The notes: generated by a model from the letters alone, not told the origin. A stretch of 64,000 nt of DNA from Candidatus Omnitrophota bacterium (GCA_015231405.1 JADGBR010000003.1:93549-157548), one strand, 5' to 3'; positions 9,470-19,926 are shown, counted from the stretch's first letter. Numbers and translations are program-made.

Positions 9470-10660
9470 ATGGAACTGGTCATACACAGAGACGAAAAAA
9501 AGATCGGTGGGAGTTTGGTCGAGATACGTTCGGGTTCGTCTCGGATCGTCGTCGATCCGGGTCTTCCTTATGAGGGAGAGGCTAGGGGCGTGGATGGGGT
9601 TCTCGTTTCGCGCGCAGATCCCGATCATTACTTGTTACAGGGGCATATAAGCCCGGATATACCCGCATATATGAGCCGGGGGGCTAAAGAGCTTATCGAT
9701 ATCACGGGGATGTTCAGTTCTCTAAAGTCGCGCTTGGGCAATGTCTCAGTTATATCGAAGCCCGGGCCTTTTGCCGTTGGGGAGTTCATGATCACCCCTT
9801 ATCCGGTTGACCATTCCGCTTTCGACGCGCTGGCGTTCCTGATAGAAGCCGGAGGCAAGAGGGTGTTCTATTCAGGGGATTTCCGCGGGCATATGGGGAA
9901 AAGCCTTCTTTTTGCCCGTATGGTCAAGGACCCGCCGATTGGTGTGGATTGTTTTCTTATGGGAGGGACGACGCACATGCGCGGTGAAAGTGATTTCCCG
10001 GACGAACGAGCTGTCGAGCGGAGGATAGAAGAGATATTAAAGGGAAAAGGGAATATTAAATTCCTTTTCGCTTCATCCGTGAACATCGACAGGCTCCTCT
10101 CCGCTTACAGGGCTTGCCATCGCACCGGCTCCATCTTTGTCATCGATCTGTATACGGCGTATATCCTGGACAAGCTTCGGAAAGTCTATAAAAACATCCC
10201 TGAGTTCGACCCGAAGAACATGGCCGTCAGGTTCACAAGAGCCTACGCCGATAAACTCGAGGAGGCGGGATTGAGGGACCTCCTTTATGTTTATAATAAG
10301 AGGAAGATAGACATTTTCGATATCGGGAGGAAAAAGGAAAGGATACTCATGTTGGCCGGCGACAACCCGGTATTCCCTGTGACGCTTAAGGAGCTGGGGG
10401 GATCTGAAGGCGCTAAAATAGTATATTCCATGTGGGAGGGTTATCTCACCGAAAAGTTCAGGGCTTACGCGGCGGGGAAAGGCATATCCATCGAAACGGT
10501 GCATACGAGCGGCCACGCTGATGCAGACGATCTTAAAAAGTTCGCCTCCGCGATGAACCCAAAGACCCTCATTCCTATCCACACGCCGGACCCCGATCAG
10601 TATCCCGCGCTTTTTAATAACGTGAAAGTCCTCGCGGATAAAGAAATATTTTGCGTTTGA
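9470..10660 (+). CDS. Metallo-beta-lactamase / beta-CASP (RNase J-like) fold protein with altered metal motif
   Basis: IGGS.VEI, VDHSAFDA, YSGDFRGH, VHTSGHA and PIH are present; HxHxDH is replaced by RADPDH. Confidence 0.8.
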   Translation: MELVIHRDEKKIGGSLVEIRSGSSRIVVDPGLPYEGEARGVDGVLVSRADPDHYLLQGHISPDIPAYMSRGAKELIDITGMFSSLKSRLGNVSVISKPGPFAVGEFMITPYPVDHSAFDALAFLIEAGGKRVFYSGDFRGHMGKSLLFARMVKDPPIGVDCFLMGGTTHMRGESDFPDERAVERRIEEILKGKGNIKFLFASSVNIDRLLSAYRACHRTGSIFVIDLYTAYILDKLRKVYKNIPEFDPKNMAVRFTRAYADKLEEAGLRDLLYVYNKRKIDIFDIGRKKERILMLAGDNPVFPVTLKELGGSEGAKIVYSMWEGYLTEKFRAYAAGKGISIETVHTSGHADADDLKKFASAMNPKTLIPIHTPDPDQYPALFNNVKVLADKEIFCV

Positions 10661-10684
10661 CAAAATCACGCGGTATGGTAAAAT
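10657..10684 (+). promoter_or_regulatory. Sigma70 promoter for fis-gltBD
   Basis: TTGACA-16 nt-TAAAAT with an extended TG. Confidence 0.7.
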
Positions 10685-10690
10685 ATCAAT

Positions 10691-10740
10691 GGCAACGAAG
10701 CCCTTGAGGACGATGATGTTCTTCAAGGGCTTTTTATTTT
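10691..10740 (+). promoter_or_regulatory. ANTAR-type hexaloop hairpin overlapping intrinsic terminator (attenuator 1)
   Basis: GGC-AACGAA-GCC (loop A1/G4) overlaps the 5' arm of AAGCCCTTGAGGA...TCTTCAAGGGCTT followed by a U-tract. Confidence 0.75.
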
Positions 10741-10745
10741 TATGG

Positions 10746-10809
10746 CCCCGGTGAAGGGGAGTAAGCGCGGCAATGAAGCCCGGTGATCCTGATCACCGGG
10801 CTTTTTTTT
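10746..10809 (+). promoter_or_regulatory. ANTAR-type dual hairpin overlapping intrinsic terminator (attenuator 2)
   Basis: CCCC-GGTGAA-GGGG, a 9-nt linker, then GGC-AATGAA-GCC overlapping AAGCCCGGTGATC-CT-GATCACCGGGCTT plus a U-tract. Confidence 0.75.
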
Positions 10810-10861
10810 ATACGTGATTGCCCAATATTTGGGCTGTTTCTGTGTAAAAAGGAGTGTGGTT

Positions 10862-11092
10862 ATGTACGCCGAGAAGATAGGAAAAGATATCGACGAGATG
10901 TTCTTCCTGGGGAATAAGAGGAACGTGTACGACAAGGTCATCACCAGTACCGAGAAGATGCTTATCGAAAAGTCGCTCGAGCGTTCTTACGGTAACCAGT
11001 CGCTTGCCGCGAAACTTCTCGGAGTTAACAGGAATACTTTACGGGCAAAAATAAAAAAATTCGGGATAAAATCCGACAGATATAAGATATAA
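10862..11092 (+). CDS. Fis-family helix-turn-helix protein
   Basis: EKMLIEKSL....GNQSLAAKLLGVNRNTLRAKIKK; RBS AAGGAG before ATG 10862. Confidence 0.85.
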   Translation: MYAEKIGKDIDEMFFLGNKRNVYDKVITSTEKMLIEKSLERSYGNQSLAAKLLGVNRNTLRAKIKKFGIKSDRYKI

Positions 11093-11127
11093 TAACCATT
11101 CTGGGAAGAAAAGGAGAACGGAAAGAA

Positions 11128-14100
11128 ATGAGAAATGAGAATTATCCCGAAAAACAGGGATTGTACGATCCGCGTTTCGAGCATGACAGCTGCGGCGTGG
11201 GTTTTGTGTGCGATATCGCCGGAAAAAGGTCGAATGACATAGTCAGGAAAGGGCTTGAAGTGCTCGAGCATATGAGCCACCGCGGCGCGGTCGGTGCTGA
11301 CCCCCAGACCGGGGACGGCGCGGGTATACTTATCCAGATGCCTGATGAGTTCTACCGTGAGGAATGCTCGAAGGCCGGAATAAAACTTCCCGAGCCTGGG
11401 CTATATGGCGCGGGGCTGGTGTTTTTTCCGGCGAACGATAAGGACCGGTTAAAAGCCGGGGATATTTTAGGGAAAGTGATAACGGAAGAGGGAGGAGTAC
11501 TTCTGGGCATGAGAGATGTTCCCCAGGATCCGTCTATTATAGGTAAGGGCGCCAGGGACACCAGGCCCATCATAAAACAGGTGTTCATAGGTTCAGTCAT
11601 CCGGCCTGAGGATGAGCTCTCTTTTGAGAGGAAACTATACATTATCAGGAAAAGGATAGAGAACGCCGTGGCGGCGTCGGATATAGAAAAGAAGGGGAGT
11701 TTTTATGTTCCGAGCCTATCATCCAGGACGATCAGCTATAAAGGGCTCCTAATGCCGCACCAGGTGATGGGTTTTTATAAGGATCTCGGCGACCCAAGGG
11801 TTAAGAGCGCGGTCGCCCTGGTCCATTCCAGATATTCAACGAACACTTTCCCGACATGGGACCTGGCTCAACCTTTCAGGTTCCTCGCCCATAACGGCGA
11901 GATCAATACGCTACGCGGCAATATCAACTGGTTCCACGCCAGGGAAAGGCTCCTTGAGAGTGAACTATTCGGCAAAGATATCGAAAAGATCAAGCCGGTG
12001 CTCGTCGAGGGCAAGAGCGACTCCGCTATTATAGACAACGCTTTCGAGCTTCTGGTCCTCGCGGGCAGGTCGCTCCCGCACGCGATGATGATGCTGATAC
12101 CGCCTGCTTTCGAGGGTAATAATGAGATATCGGGCGACCTCAGGGAATTTTACCGGTTTCACGCCTGTTTCATGGAACCGTGGGACGGGCCCGCCGCGAT
12201 AGCGTTCACCGACGGCAGAGAGATAGGAGCTATCCTCGACAGGAATGGTCTCAGGCCGGCCAGGTATATCATAACGAAGAGCGGAATGGTCGTAATGGCG
12301 TCCGAGATGGGCGTTCTGGACATTGACCCTTCCGATATTAAAGTTTCCGGAAGGATCGAGCCGGGTAAAATGTTCTTTATAGATACCGTCCGGGGCAAGG
12401 TCGTCGACGACGCGGAAATAAAGAGTCAGGTGGCGTCGCGAAAACCTTACGGCGAGTGGAACAAGAAGAACATGCTTCTCTTGTCAAGTCTTCCCGCTAA
12501 GGGCGACGCCGGAAAATGTGTTGACGTCCGGGGGCTTCTTAAAGCCTTCGGGTACACCCGCGAAGATCTGGCTATGATAGTGAAACCTATGGCGGAAGAA
12601 GGGAAGGAGCCAGTGGGCTCAATGGCCGTGGATATACCTCACGCCTTCCTTTCGGCGAAGCCCCAGATACTTTACAATTATTTCAAACAGCTTTTCGCTC
12701 AGGTAACGAACCCGGCTATCGATCCCATAAGGGAGGAGATAGTCATGAGCCTTGAGAGCTATGTCGGACCGGAAAAGAACCTTCTCGAGGAAACGCCCGG
12801 ACATTGCCATAAACTTGTCATCGATAGGCCCGTCCTCACCGACGAGGCGCTTAAGAAGATCGAAGGGATAAATGAAGGCGGTTTTAGGGCCAAAAAGATA
12901 TCCATTCTTTTCAAGGCGGGAGACAGGGAAGATTTTAACGCCGCTCTCGGAAGAATATCGTCCGAAGCTGAGGCGGCTATCGCTAGCGGGTATTCGTTCG
13001 TTATCCTTTCGGACCGGGGCGTATCGAAAGATAAGGCGGCTCTCCCGGCGCTCCTGGCGGCGTCTTCGGTACATCATCATCTCGTACGCGGGGAGCTGCG
13101 CACCCAGGTTGCCCTCATAGTGGAAAGCGCCGAACCCCGTGAAGTGCATCATCTCGCGCTTCTTTTCGGCTACGGAGCTGACGCGGTTAACCCGTATCTG
13201 GCCTATGAGGCGATAAAATATATTATCGACGAAGGAACGTTGGACCTCCCATACGAAAAGGCGCTTAAGAATTACAGGAAAGCCTGCGACGAGGGGATCT
13301 TAAAGATACTTTCCAAAATGGGTATTTCGACCCTCCGGAGCTATCGGGGCGCCCAGATATTCGAGGCGCTCGGCGTGGGAGGAGAGGTAGTAGACAAATA
13401 TTTCACGGGCACGGTCACGAGGATCGGAGGTATAGGGCTCGACGAGATATTCCGTGAAACTGACGAAAGACACTCATCTGCTTATCTAGTCGCGAAAGAT
13501 GGGGTTCGTCTTCTGGATACCGGAGGAGTGTACCAGTGGAGGAGGGACGGCGAGTTCCATCTCTGGCGTCCGGAAAGCATATCGGCGCTTCAGGATTCGG
13601 CGCGGAAAGGGGATTACGGGATATATAAGGAATTCGCGGGATACATTAACGATCAGAGAGCGAACCCGACGACCCTTAGATCCCTTTTTAAATTCAGGCA
13701 GGCAAAAGCGGTCCCGATAGAAGAGGTCGAGCCCGCGAGCGGGATAGTTAAAAGGTTCGCGACCGGCGCCATGAGTTTCGGGTCGATAAGCCGCGGGGCG
13801 CATGAATCCATAGCGATAGCATTGAACAGGCTCGGCGGAAGGTCGAATACCGGCGAGGGCGGAGAGGACCCTGCAAGGTTCAAGCCTTACGCGAACGGCG
13901 ATTCCGCGAGGAGCTCGATAAAACAGGTAGCCTCCGGAAGGTTCGGAGTGACGTCGAATTATCTTATCAACGCGGACGAGATACAGATCAAGATATCCCA
14001 GGGCGCTAAGCCCGGCGAAGGCGGACAGCTCCCTGGCCATAAGGTGAGCGCCATTATCGCCAGGACCCGTTACACTACTCCCGGAGTGACGCTTATTTCT

Positions 14101-15648
14101 CCCCCGCCGCATCACGATATATATTCGATAGAGGACCTGGCCCAGCTCATTTTCGATCTCAAGAACGCGAACCCGACGGCCAGGATAAGCGTTAAGCTCG
14201 TTTCCGAAGTCGGAGTAGGGACTATCGCCGCGGGCGTGGCCAAAGGGCACGCCGACATGATACTCATTTCCGGAGGCGACGGCGGTACAGGCGCGTCGCC
14301 GAGGAGTTCACTTAGGCACGCGGGGCTTCCGTGGGAACTCGGTATATCCGAGACCCATCAGACGCTGGTCCTGAACGATCTCAGGTCGCGTGTCCGGTTG
14401 CAGACAGACGGGCAGATACGGACTGGAAGGGACGTAGCTATCGCCGCGTTACTGGGTGCTGAGGAATACGGGCTCTCGACGGCTGTACTAGTTACCCTGG
14501 GTTGCGTAATGCTCCGGCACTGCCATCTCAATAACTGCTCCGTGGGCGTGGCTACCCAGGACGATATACTTGAGAAGCGGTTCAGCGGCCGGCCGGAATA
14601 CGTGGTCAATTATCTTACTTTTATTGCCACGGAACTCAGGGAAATAATGTCTCAGATAGGAATAAGGAACGTGAACGAGATGATAGGCAGGACCGATCTT
14701 CTCGAGGTCGCGTCGGATATCGTTCCAAAAAAAGCCAGAGGAATGGATCTTTCAAAAATATTATACCGTCCGAAAATGCCGGCGAGCGTAGGCGTGTTCT
14801 CGTCTAAGAAGCAGGACCATGCCGTCGATAAGGTCCTCGACAGGGAACTTATAAGGCTATCTAAAGCGGCGCTCGAAAAAGGCGAAAAGGTCATCGCGAA
14901 TTTATCAATCAGGAACTTTAACAGGACAACAGGCGCTATGCTGAGTTCCGAGGTTTCGCGTTTGAACGGCGAGTCCGGCCTTCCCGAAGACACTATTAAA
15001 TGCTCATTTAAGGGTGTCGCGGGGCAGAGCTTTGGAGCGTTCCTGGCGAAAGGAGTGACCTTTGAGCTGGAGGGCCTGGCCAACGATTATGTGGGTAAGG
15101 GTATTTCCGGAGGGAAGATGATCATATACCCTTACAGAAAATCGGATTATATCCCTTCGGAAAATATTCTGATAGGGAATACCTCGTTCTACGGAGCCAT
15201 TGCCGGAGAGGCATATATCATGGGTAAGGCCGGCGAAAGGTTCTGTATAAGGAACTCCGGGCTTAACGCGGTCGTCGAGGGAGTCGGCGACCACGGCTGC
15301 GAGTATATGACGGGCGGCAAGGTTGTAATACTCGGGGAGACTGGAAGGAATTTCGGGGCGGGGATGTCAGGGGGGGCGGCGTACATCTACGATAAGGGCG
15401 AAAAATTCCGGGCGAGGTGTAACATGAGCATGGTCGAGCTGGAAACTCTACAGGATGAAGACCGTACCGATGTACATGATCTCTTGTATAATCATCATAA
15501 GTATACCGGGAGCGCCCTGGCTCTGGGTATACTCGGGAAATTCAGTTCCGAGATCAAAAAATTCGTCAAAGTGATGCCGCTCGAATATAAAAAGATACTC
15601 GAGTCGAAGAAAGCCGAGCTTGAGCTCCTGGAGGTATCCGATGGGTGA
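11128..15648 (+). CDS. gltB: Glutamate synthase large subunit
   Basis: HDSCGVGF, HSRYSTNT, EPWDGPA, IKQVASGRFGV, GAKPGEGGQLPG, 3Fe-4S cysteines and GXGXG tail. Confidence 0.98.
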   Translation: MRNENYPEKQGLYDPRFEHDSCGVGFVCDIAGKRSNDIVRKGLEVLEHMSHRGAVGADPQTGDGAGILIQMPDEFYREECSKAGIKLPEPGLYGAGLVFFPANDKDRLKAGDILGKVITEEGGVLLGMRDVPQDPSIIGKGARDTRPIIKQVFIGSVIRPEDELSFERKLYIIRKRIENAVAASDIEKKGSFYVPSLSSRTISYKGLLMPHQVMGFYKDLGDPRVKSAVALVHSRYSTNTFPTWDLAQPFRFLAHNGEINTLRGNINWFHARERLLESELFGKDIEKIKPVLVEGKSDSAIIDNAFELLVLAGRSLPHAMMMLIPPAFEGNNEISGDLREFYRFHACFMEPWDGPAAIAFTDGREIGAILDRNGLRPARYIITKSGMVVMASEMGVLDIDPSDIKVSGRIEPGKMFFIDTVRGKVVDDAEIKSQVASRKPYGEWNKKNMLLLSSLPAKGDAGKCVDVRGLLKAFGYTREDLAMIVKPMAEEGKEPVGSMAVDIPHAFLSAKPQILYNYFKQLFAQVTNPAIDPIREEIVMSLESYVGPEKNLLEETPGHCHKLVIDRPVLTDEALKKIEGINEGGFRAKKISILFKAGDREDFNAALGRISSEAEAAIASGYSFVILSDRGVSKDKAALPALLAASSVHHHLVRGELRTQVALIVESAEPREVHHLALLFGYGADAVNPYLAYEAIKYIIDEGTLDLPYEKALKNYRKACDEGILKILSKMGISTLRSYRGAQIFEALGVGGEVVDKYFTGTVTRIGGIGLDEIFRETDERHSSAYLVAKDGVRLLDTGGVYQWRRDGEFHLWRPESISALQDSARKGDYGIYKEFAGYINDQRANPTTLRSLFKFRQAKAVPIEEVEPASGIVKRFATGAMSFGSISRGAHESIAIALNRLGGRSNTGEGGEDPARFKPYANGDSARSSIKQVASGRFGVTSNYLINADEIQIKISQGAKPGEGGQLPGHKVSAIIARTRYTTPGVTLISPPPHHDIYSIEDLAQLIFDLKNANPTARISVKLVSEVGVGTIAAGVAKGHADMILISGGDGGTGASPRSSLRHAGLPWELGISETHQTLVLNDLRSRVRLQTDGQIRTGRDVAIAALLGAEEYGLSTAVLVTLGCVMLRHCHLNNCSVGVATQDDILEKRFSGRPEYVVNYLTFIATELREIMSQIGIRNVNEMIGRTDLLEVASDIVPKKARGMDLSKILYRPKMPASVGVFSSKKQDHAVDKVLDRELIRLSKAALEKGEKVIANLSIRNFNRTTGAMLSSEVSRLNGESGLPEDTIKCSFKGVAGQSFGAFLAKGVTFELEGLANDYVGKGISGGKMIIYPYRKSDYIPSENILIGNTSFYGAIAGEAYIMGKAGERFCIRNSGLNAVVEGVGDHGCEYMTGGKVVILGETGRNFGAGMSGGAAYIYDKGEKFRARCNMSMVELETLQDEDRTDVHDLLYNHHKYTGSALALGILGKFSSEIKKFVKVMPLEYKKILESKKAELELLEVSDG

Positions 15649-17086
15649 TCCAAAAGGTTTTTTGAAATTGGAAAGGAAAACCTCGGCGTACAGGGAAGTA
15701 TGCGAGAGGGTAGCCGATTATAAAGACGTCACGATAATGCGTTCGGACGATGAGTCCGGGGCCCAGGCCTCGAGATGCATGGACTGCGGTACGCCGTTCT
15801 GCCACTGGGGTTGTCCCGTAGGGAACTATATCCCGGAATGGAACGACCTTATGTACCATAAACAGTGGGATAAGGCTTTCGCCCTTCTTGACGCGACCAA
15901 TAATCTGCCCGAGATAACGGGGCGGGTCTGCCCGGCCACCTGCGAATACGCCTGCGTCCTGGGGATAAACGACGATCCCGTGACGATAAGGGAGAACGAG
16001 CTCGCCGCGGTTGAACACGCTTTTAAAAGCGGCGCCATAAAAGCGCTTAAACCTCTCTCGGAGACCGGGAAGAAGGTCGCCGTTATAGGTTCCGGACCGT
16101 CAGGCCTCGCCGCGGCTCAGCAGTTAAGGCGCGCGGGCCATCAGGTGACCGTTTTCGAGAAAGCTGACAGGATCGGCGGTCTCCTAAGGTACGGTATACC
16201 CGATTTCAAGCTCGAAAAGAATATCGTGGACAGGCGCGTCGAACTTATGATAAAAGGAGGTATCGGGTTCAAAGCGGGAACGAATGTCGGCAGGGATATT
16301 AAAGTTAAGGATATTCTCGCCGGGTTTGACGCCATATGCCTTACCGGCGGGGCCGGCAAGCCCAGGGATATCGAGATCGAAGGGCGTGAGCTTAAGGGGA
16401 TTTATTTCGCTATGGATTATCTCGCCCAGTCCAATAAAAGGGTGGCGGGAGATAAGATATCAGCCGACACATTGATAGACGCTAAGGGGAAAAAGGTCGT
16501 CGTGATAGGCGGAGGGGATACCGGCTCCGATTGCGTAGGAACGGCTTACCGCCAGGGCGCCGTGTGTGTGGTGCAGATAGAGGTAATGCCTATGCCGCCG
16601 GAATGCCGGACGGATGAGCACCCCTGGCCGAAATACCCGCTCGTACTCAAAACGACTTCAAGCCACGAGGAAGGAGCTTCCAGGAACTGGAGCGTTCTGA
16701 CGAAAAAGTTCGTCGGGGAGAACGGGAGACTCAAAAAATTATCGTGCGGGAAAGTAGAGTTCGAGAAGAGCGGTCCGAGCGCATGCCCCGTTATGAAAGA
16801 GGTGCCGGGAAGCGATTTCGACATAGAGGCCGACATGGCGATACTGGCCGTAGGTTTTCTCGGACCTGTCCGGGAAGGCCTTCTCGCGGAACTCGGAGTG
16901 GAGCTCGATAAAAGGGGCAACGTTAAGACCGGGGACGACCATAAGACATCCATCGACAAGGTCTTCGCCGCCGGCGATATGCGCCGCGGCCAGTCTCTCG
17001 TCGTATGGGCGATATCCGAAGGCCGCCGGGCGGCGCATCATATAGACAAATATCTGATGGGTAAAAGCGACCTCCCGGTCATGTGA
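15641..17086 (+). CDS. gltD: Glutamate synthase small subunit
   Basis: QASRCMDCGTPFC, GSGPSGLAAA, GGGDTGSDC, GDMRRGQSLVVWAI; RBS GGAGG; overlaps the gltB stop. Confidence 0.97.
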   Translation: MGDPKGFLKLERKTSAYREVCERVADYKDVTIMRSDDESGAQASRCMDCGTPFCHWGCPVGNYIPEWNDLMYHKQWDKAFALLDATNNLPEITGRVCPATCEYACVLGINDDPVTIRENELAAVEHAFKSGAIKALKPLSETGKKVAVIGSGPSGLAAAQQLRRAGHQVTVFEKADRIGGLLRYGIPDFKLEKNIVDRRVELMIKGGIGFKAGTNVGRDIKVKDILAGFDAICLTGGAGKPRDIEIEGRELKGIYFAMDYLAQSNKRVAGDKISADTLIDAKGKKVVVIGGGDTGSDCVGTAYRQGAVCVVQIEVMPMPPECRTDEHPWPKYPLVLKTTSSHEEGASRNWSVLTKKFVGENGRLKKLSCGKVEFEKSGPSACPVMKEVPGSDFDIEADMAILAVGFLGPVREGLLAELGVELDKRGNVKTGDDHKTSIDKVFAAGDMRRGQSLVVWAISEGRRAAHHIDKYLMGKSDLPVM

Positions 17087-17110
17087 TTCGTGATCCGTGA
17101 TTCGGGTTGC

Positions 17111-17186
17111 GTAGGGGCGGCCCTTGTGGCCGCCCTTAAACGATGGTCATCAATTTTATTAGGGCGGCCACAAGGGCCGTCCCTAC
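17111..17186. repeat. Inverted pair of GTAG-type REP elements (REPIN-like)
   Basis: GTAGGGGCGGCCCTTGTGGCCGCCCT ...24 nt... AGGGCGGCCACAAGGGCCGTCCCTAC. Confidence 0.85.
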
Positions 17187-17209
17187 GGGTATAAACGAAA
17201 AGGATAACA

Positions 17210-18850
17210 ATGACAAAATATATTTTCGTGACGGGTGGAGTTGTTTCGAGTCTGGGTAAAGGCATTGCCGCCGCGTCCATCGGCAAGCTCATGGAGTGGA
17301 ACGGCTACAAGGTCGCGATGATCAAATGCGACCCTTATATCAACGTCGACCCGGGCACGATGAACCCCTACCAGCACGGCGAAGTGTATGTCACCGATGA
17401 CGGCGCCGAAACAGACCTCGATCTCGGGCATTATTTCCGTTACACGAATTCACCCCTAGGGAGGATAAGCAACGTAACGACCGGAAAGGTATACCAGACC
17501 GTCATAACGAAAGAGCGCCGCGGCGATTTCCTGGGCGGCACCGTACAGGTTATCCCGCATATAACGAACGAGATAAAAAGCGAGATACGGGACGTGGTCA
17601 AAAAATATTCGCCCGATATCCTCATCGTTGAGATAGGCGGCACCGTCGGCGACATAGAAGGCATGCCTTTCCTTGAGGCCATACGCCAGATGAAACTTGA
17701 GGAAGGCGCGAAGAACGCTCTTAATATCCATCTGACGCTCGTACCATTCATTAAGGCCGCCGGAGAGATAAAGACAAAGCCCACACAGCATTCTGTAGGG
17801 AAGATGAGGGAGATAGGGATACAGCCTGAGATACTGATGATAAGGACCGAGATACCTCTTTCCGACGATGCCCGTTACAAAATATCCCTTTTCTGCAATG
17901 TCGAGAAGAGCTGCGTCATCGAGGCGCTTGACGTCCCGGATATTTACGAGATACCGCTTATGTTCAGGAAGAACAAACTCGACAGCATAATATTGGACAA
18001 ATTATGTCTGAAACCGAAAAAGAAGGTCTCGTCCGGTCAGTGGGAAAAGGTGGTCCACATAAGGAAGACCGCGAAACAGGAAGTGCGGATAGGCGTGGTA
18101 GGCAAATATATCACTCTCCAGGACGCCTATAAATCCATCGACGAGGCCCTGAAACACGGCGCTATCGCCAATAACCTCAGGATAGATCTCGTCAAGATAG
18201 AATCCGATAATCTGGAAAAGAAGTCGCCCGCTGAGCTTGACAAATTCTTTGACGGCATAGACGGTATCCTTGTTCCGGGAGGTTTCGGGGTGAGAGGGAT
18301 AGAAGGAAAACTTACGACAGCGCGTTACGCGCGCGAGAAAGGCGTACCCTATTTCGGCATATGCCTGGGCATGCAGATAGCCGTCATCGAATTCGCGAGG
18401 AACGTCATGGGCCTGAAGGGCGCGAATTCGACCGAGTTCGACCCCAAAACGAAATACCCGGTCATTTCACTGCTTTCCGAACAGGAACACATAAAATTTC
18501 TGGGCGGCACTATGAGGCTCGGCGAGTACAAATGCGCACTTAAACCCGGCACAAAAGCCCGTTCAAGCTACGGCTCGAACGTGATATTCGAGCGCCACAG
18601 GCACAGGTACGAATTCAACAGCGCCTACAAGAACGAGTTCCAGAGAAAAGGTCTCATTGTCTCCGGCACCCATCCGAAAGGCAACCTCGTCGAGATGATA
18701 GAGATAAAATCCCACCCCTGGTTCGTCGCCGTCCAGTCCCATCCCGAGTTCAAATCAAAACCCGATAAAGTCCACCCCCTCTTCCGAGACTTCCTGAAAG
18801 CCGCATACGACTATAACCTCTCCAAAATAATGCCCGATAAATTCAACTGA
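17210..18850 (+). CDS. pyrG: CTP synthase
   Basis: [57 protein letters not shown]. Confidence 0.98.
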   Translation: MTKYIFVTGGVVSSLGKGIAAASIGKLMEWNGYKVAMIKCDPYINVDPGTMNPYQHGEVYVTDDGAETDLDLGHYFRYTNSPLGRISNVTTGKVYQTVITKERRGDFLGGTVQVIPHITNEIKSEIRDVVKKYSPDILIVEIGGTVGDIEGMPFLEAIRQMKLEEGAKNALNIHLTLVPFIKAAGEIKTKPTQHSVGKMREIGIQPEILMIRTEIPLSDDARYKISLFCNVEKSCVIEALDVPDIYEIPLMFRKNKLDSIILDKLCLKPKKKVSSGQWEKVVHIRKTAKQEVRIGVVGKYITLQDAYKSIDEALKHGAIANNLRIDLVKIESDNLEKKSPAELDKFFDGIDGILVPGGFGVRGIEGKLTTARYAREKGVPYFGICLGMQIAVIEFARNVMGLKGANSTEFDPKTKYPVISLLSEQEHIKFLGGTMRLGEYKCALKPGTKARSSYGSNVIFERHRHRYEFNSAYKNEFQRKGLIVSGTHPKGNLVEMIEIKSHPWFVAVQSHPEFKSKPDKVHPLFRDFLKAAYDYNLSKIMPDKFN

Positions 18851-18853
18851 TTT

Positions 18854-18908
18854 CCGGGGTCAAAACTTCACATCTTACAGAATATTAAATGTGAAGCTTT
18901 GACCCCGG
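18854..18908. repeat. GGGGTCAAA...TTTGACCCC palindromic element (REP-like or terminator)
   Basis: CCGGGGTCAAAACTTCACAT...ATGTGAAGCTTTGACCCCGG immediately after the pyrG stop. Confidence 0.7.
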
Positions 18909-18948
18909 TTGAAGATGGGAATGGCCTGATCTTTATAGGGAAAGGTCC

Positions 18949-19719
18949 ATGAGTGAATTTGCACCCGTCCCCGTATATGATATACTTATCCCCATGGGAA
19001 AACCGGTTAAACAGGATGAATTCAAGCCTAATAATTTCTGGCTGGCGACTTTTCTTATAATTCTGGCCAATATCGCCGTTTTTGTTTACTTCGGGGAGTA
19101 TAGTAAATTCAAGGGGGCGGTTGACGCTTATGTCCTTACCCCGGCCAATCTTTTCAAGGAGCATCGGATATACACGATAATAACATCCGGGTTCATACAC
19201 AAGGACGTTAAACATCTTTTTTTCAACTGTCTCGGGATATTCATTTTCGGAGGGATAGTCGAGCGCAGGTTCGGGTTCTTTAAGACCATTTTCATCTATA
19301 TAGGGGCCCTGGTACTTTCCATGGCGATATCGATGTTCATATACCTCTACTATCTGCACAAGGGAGTGGCTTTGATAGGAGCTTCGGGGGCGGTTATGGG
19401 CATGATATCCGCGGCCATGCTGTCGGAGCCGTTCCTTATAACGTACGAGACTCTTTTGCCGATACCCGTTATGATAAAAGGGTGGATGTTCATCTATGCG
19501 GACGTATTGGGTTTCCTGGGCGGTGAAAAGGATGGTATCAGCCACCTGGCGCACATGATAGGTTTTCTTTCCATAGGGGTGATAATATATTTCCTTGACA
19601 AAAAAGACAGGCGGGTCTTTCTCCATGGGTTGATAATTAACCTTGCATCATTCGGACTATTCCTATATTTTAGGAAGTATATTGAATCGACTGACATTTT
19701 TAAAGTATTTTCACGTTAA
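18949..19719 (+). CDS. Rhomboid-family intramembrane serine protease
   Basis: F.H....HL.FN, GASG (catalytic Ser), SHLAH.IG (catalytic His), multiple TM segments. Confidence 0.92.
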   Translation: MSEFAPVPVYDILIPMGKPVKQDEFKPNNFWLATFLIILANIAVFVYFGEYSKFKGAVDAYVLTPANLFKEHRIYTIITSGFIHKDVKHLFFNCLGIFIFGGIVERRFGFFKTIFIYIGALVLSMAISMFIYLYYLHKGVALIGASGAVMGMISAAMLSEPFLITYETLLPIPVMIKGWMFIYADVLGFLGGEKDGISHLAHMIGFLSIGVIIYFLDKKDRRVFLHGLIINLASFGLFLYFRKYIESTDIFKVFSR

Positions 19720-19763
19720 CTATTGTAAAGCCACTCTCGTCTCTTTTTGCAATAACTTTACGA

Positions 19764-19792
19764 TTGACATAGCCCCCCTTTTATTTTATACT
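19764..19792 (+). promoter_or_regulatory. Near-consensus sigma70 promoter for the arg-lys-pan-nad run
   Basis: TTGACA-17 nt-TATACT. Confidence 0.75.
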
Positions 19793-19831
19793 TCAACTTT
19801 ACGCTATCAGATAAGAAGTTCAACTGTCGGG

Positions 19832-19858
19832 GGTCAGGCATCTTAGCCTGACCTTTTT
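19832..19858 (+). terminator. Terminator-like hairpin in the argC leader
   Basis: GGTCAGGC-ATCTTA-GCCTGACC-TTTTT. Confidence 0.55.
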
Positions 19859-19926
19859 GATTTAGAGCTATCGGCTAAAGGGATCTTAAAAGCTGATAGC
19901 TGAAAGCTAAGTTTAAAGGAGCGAAA

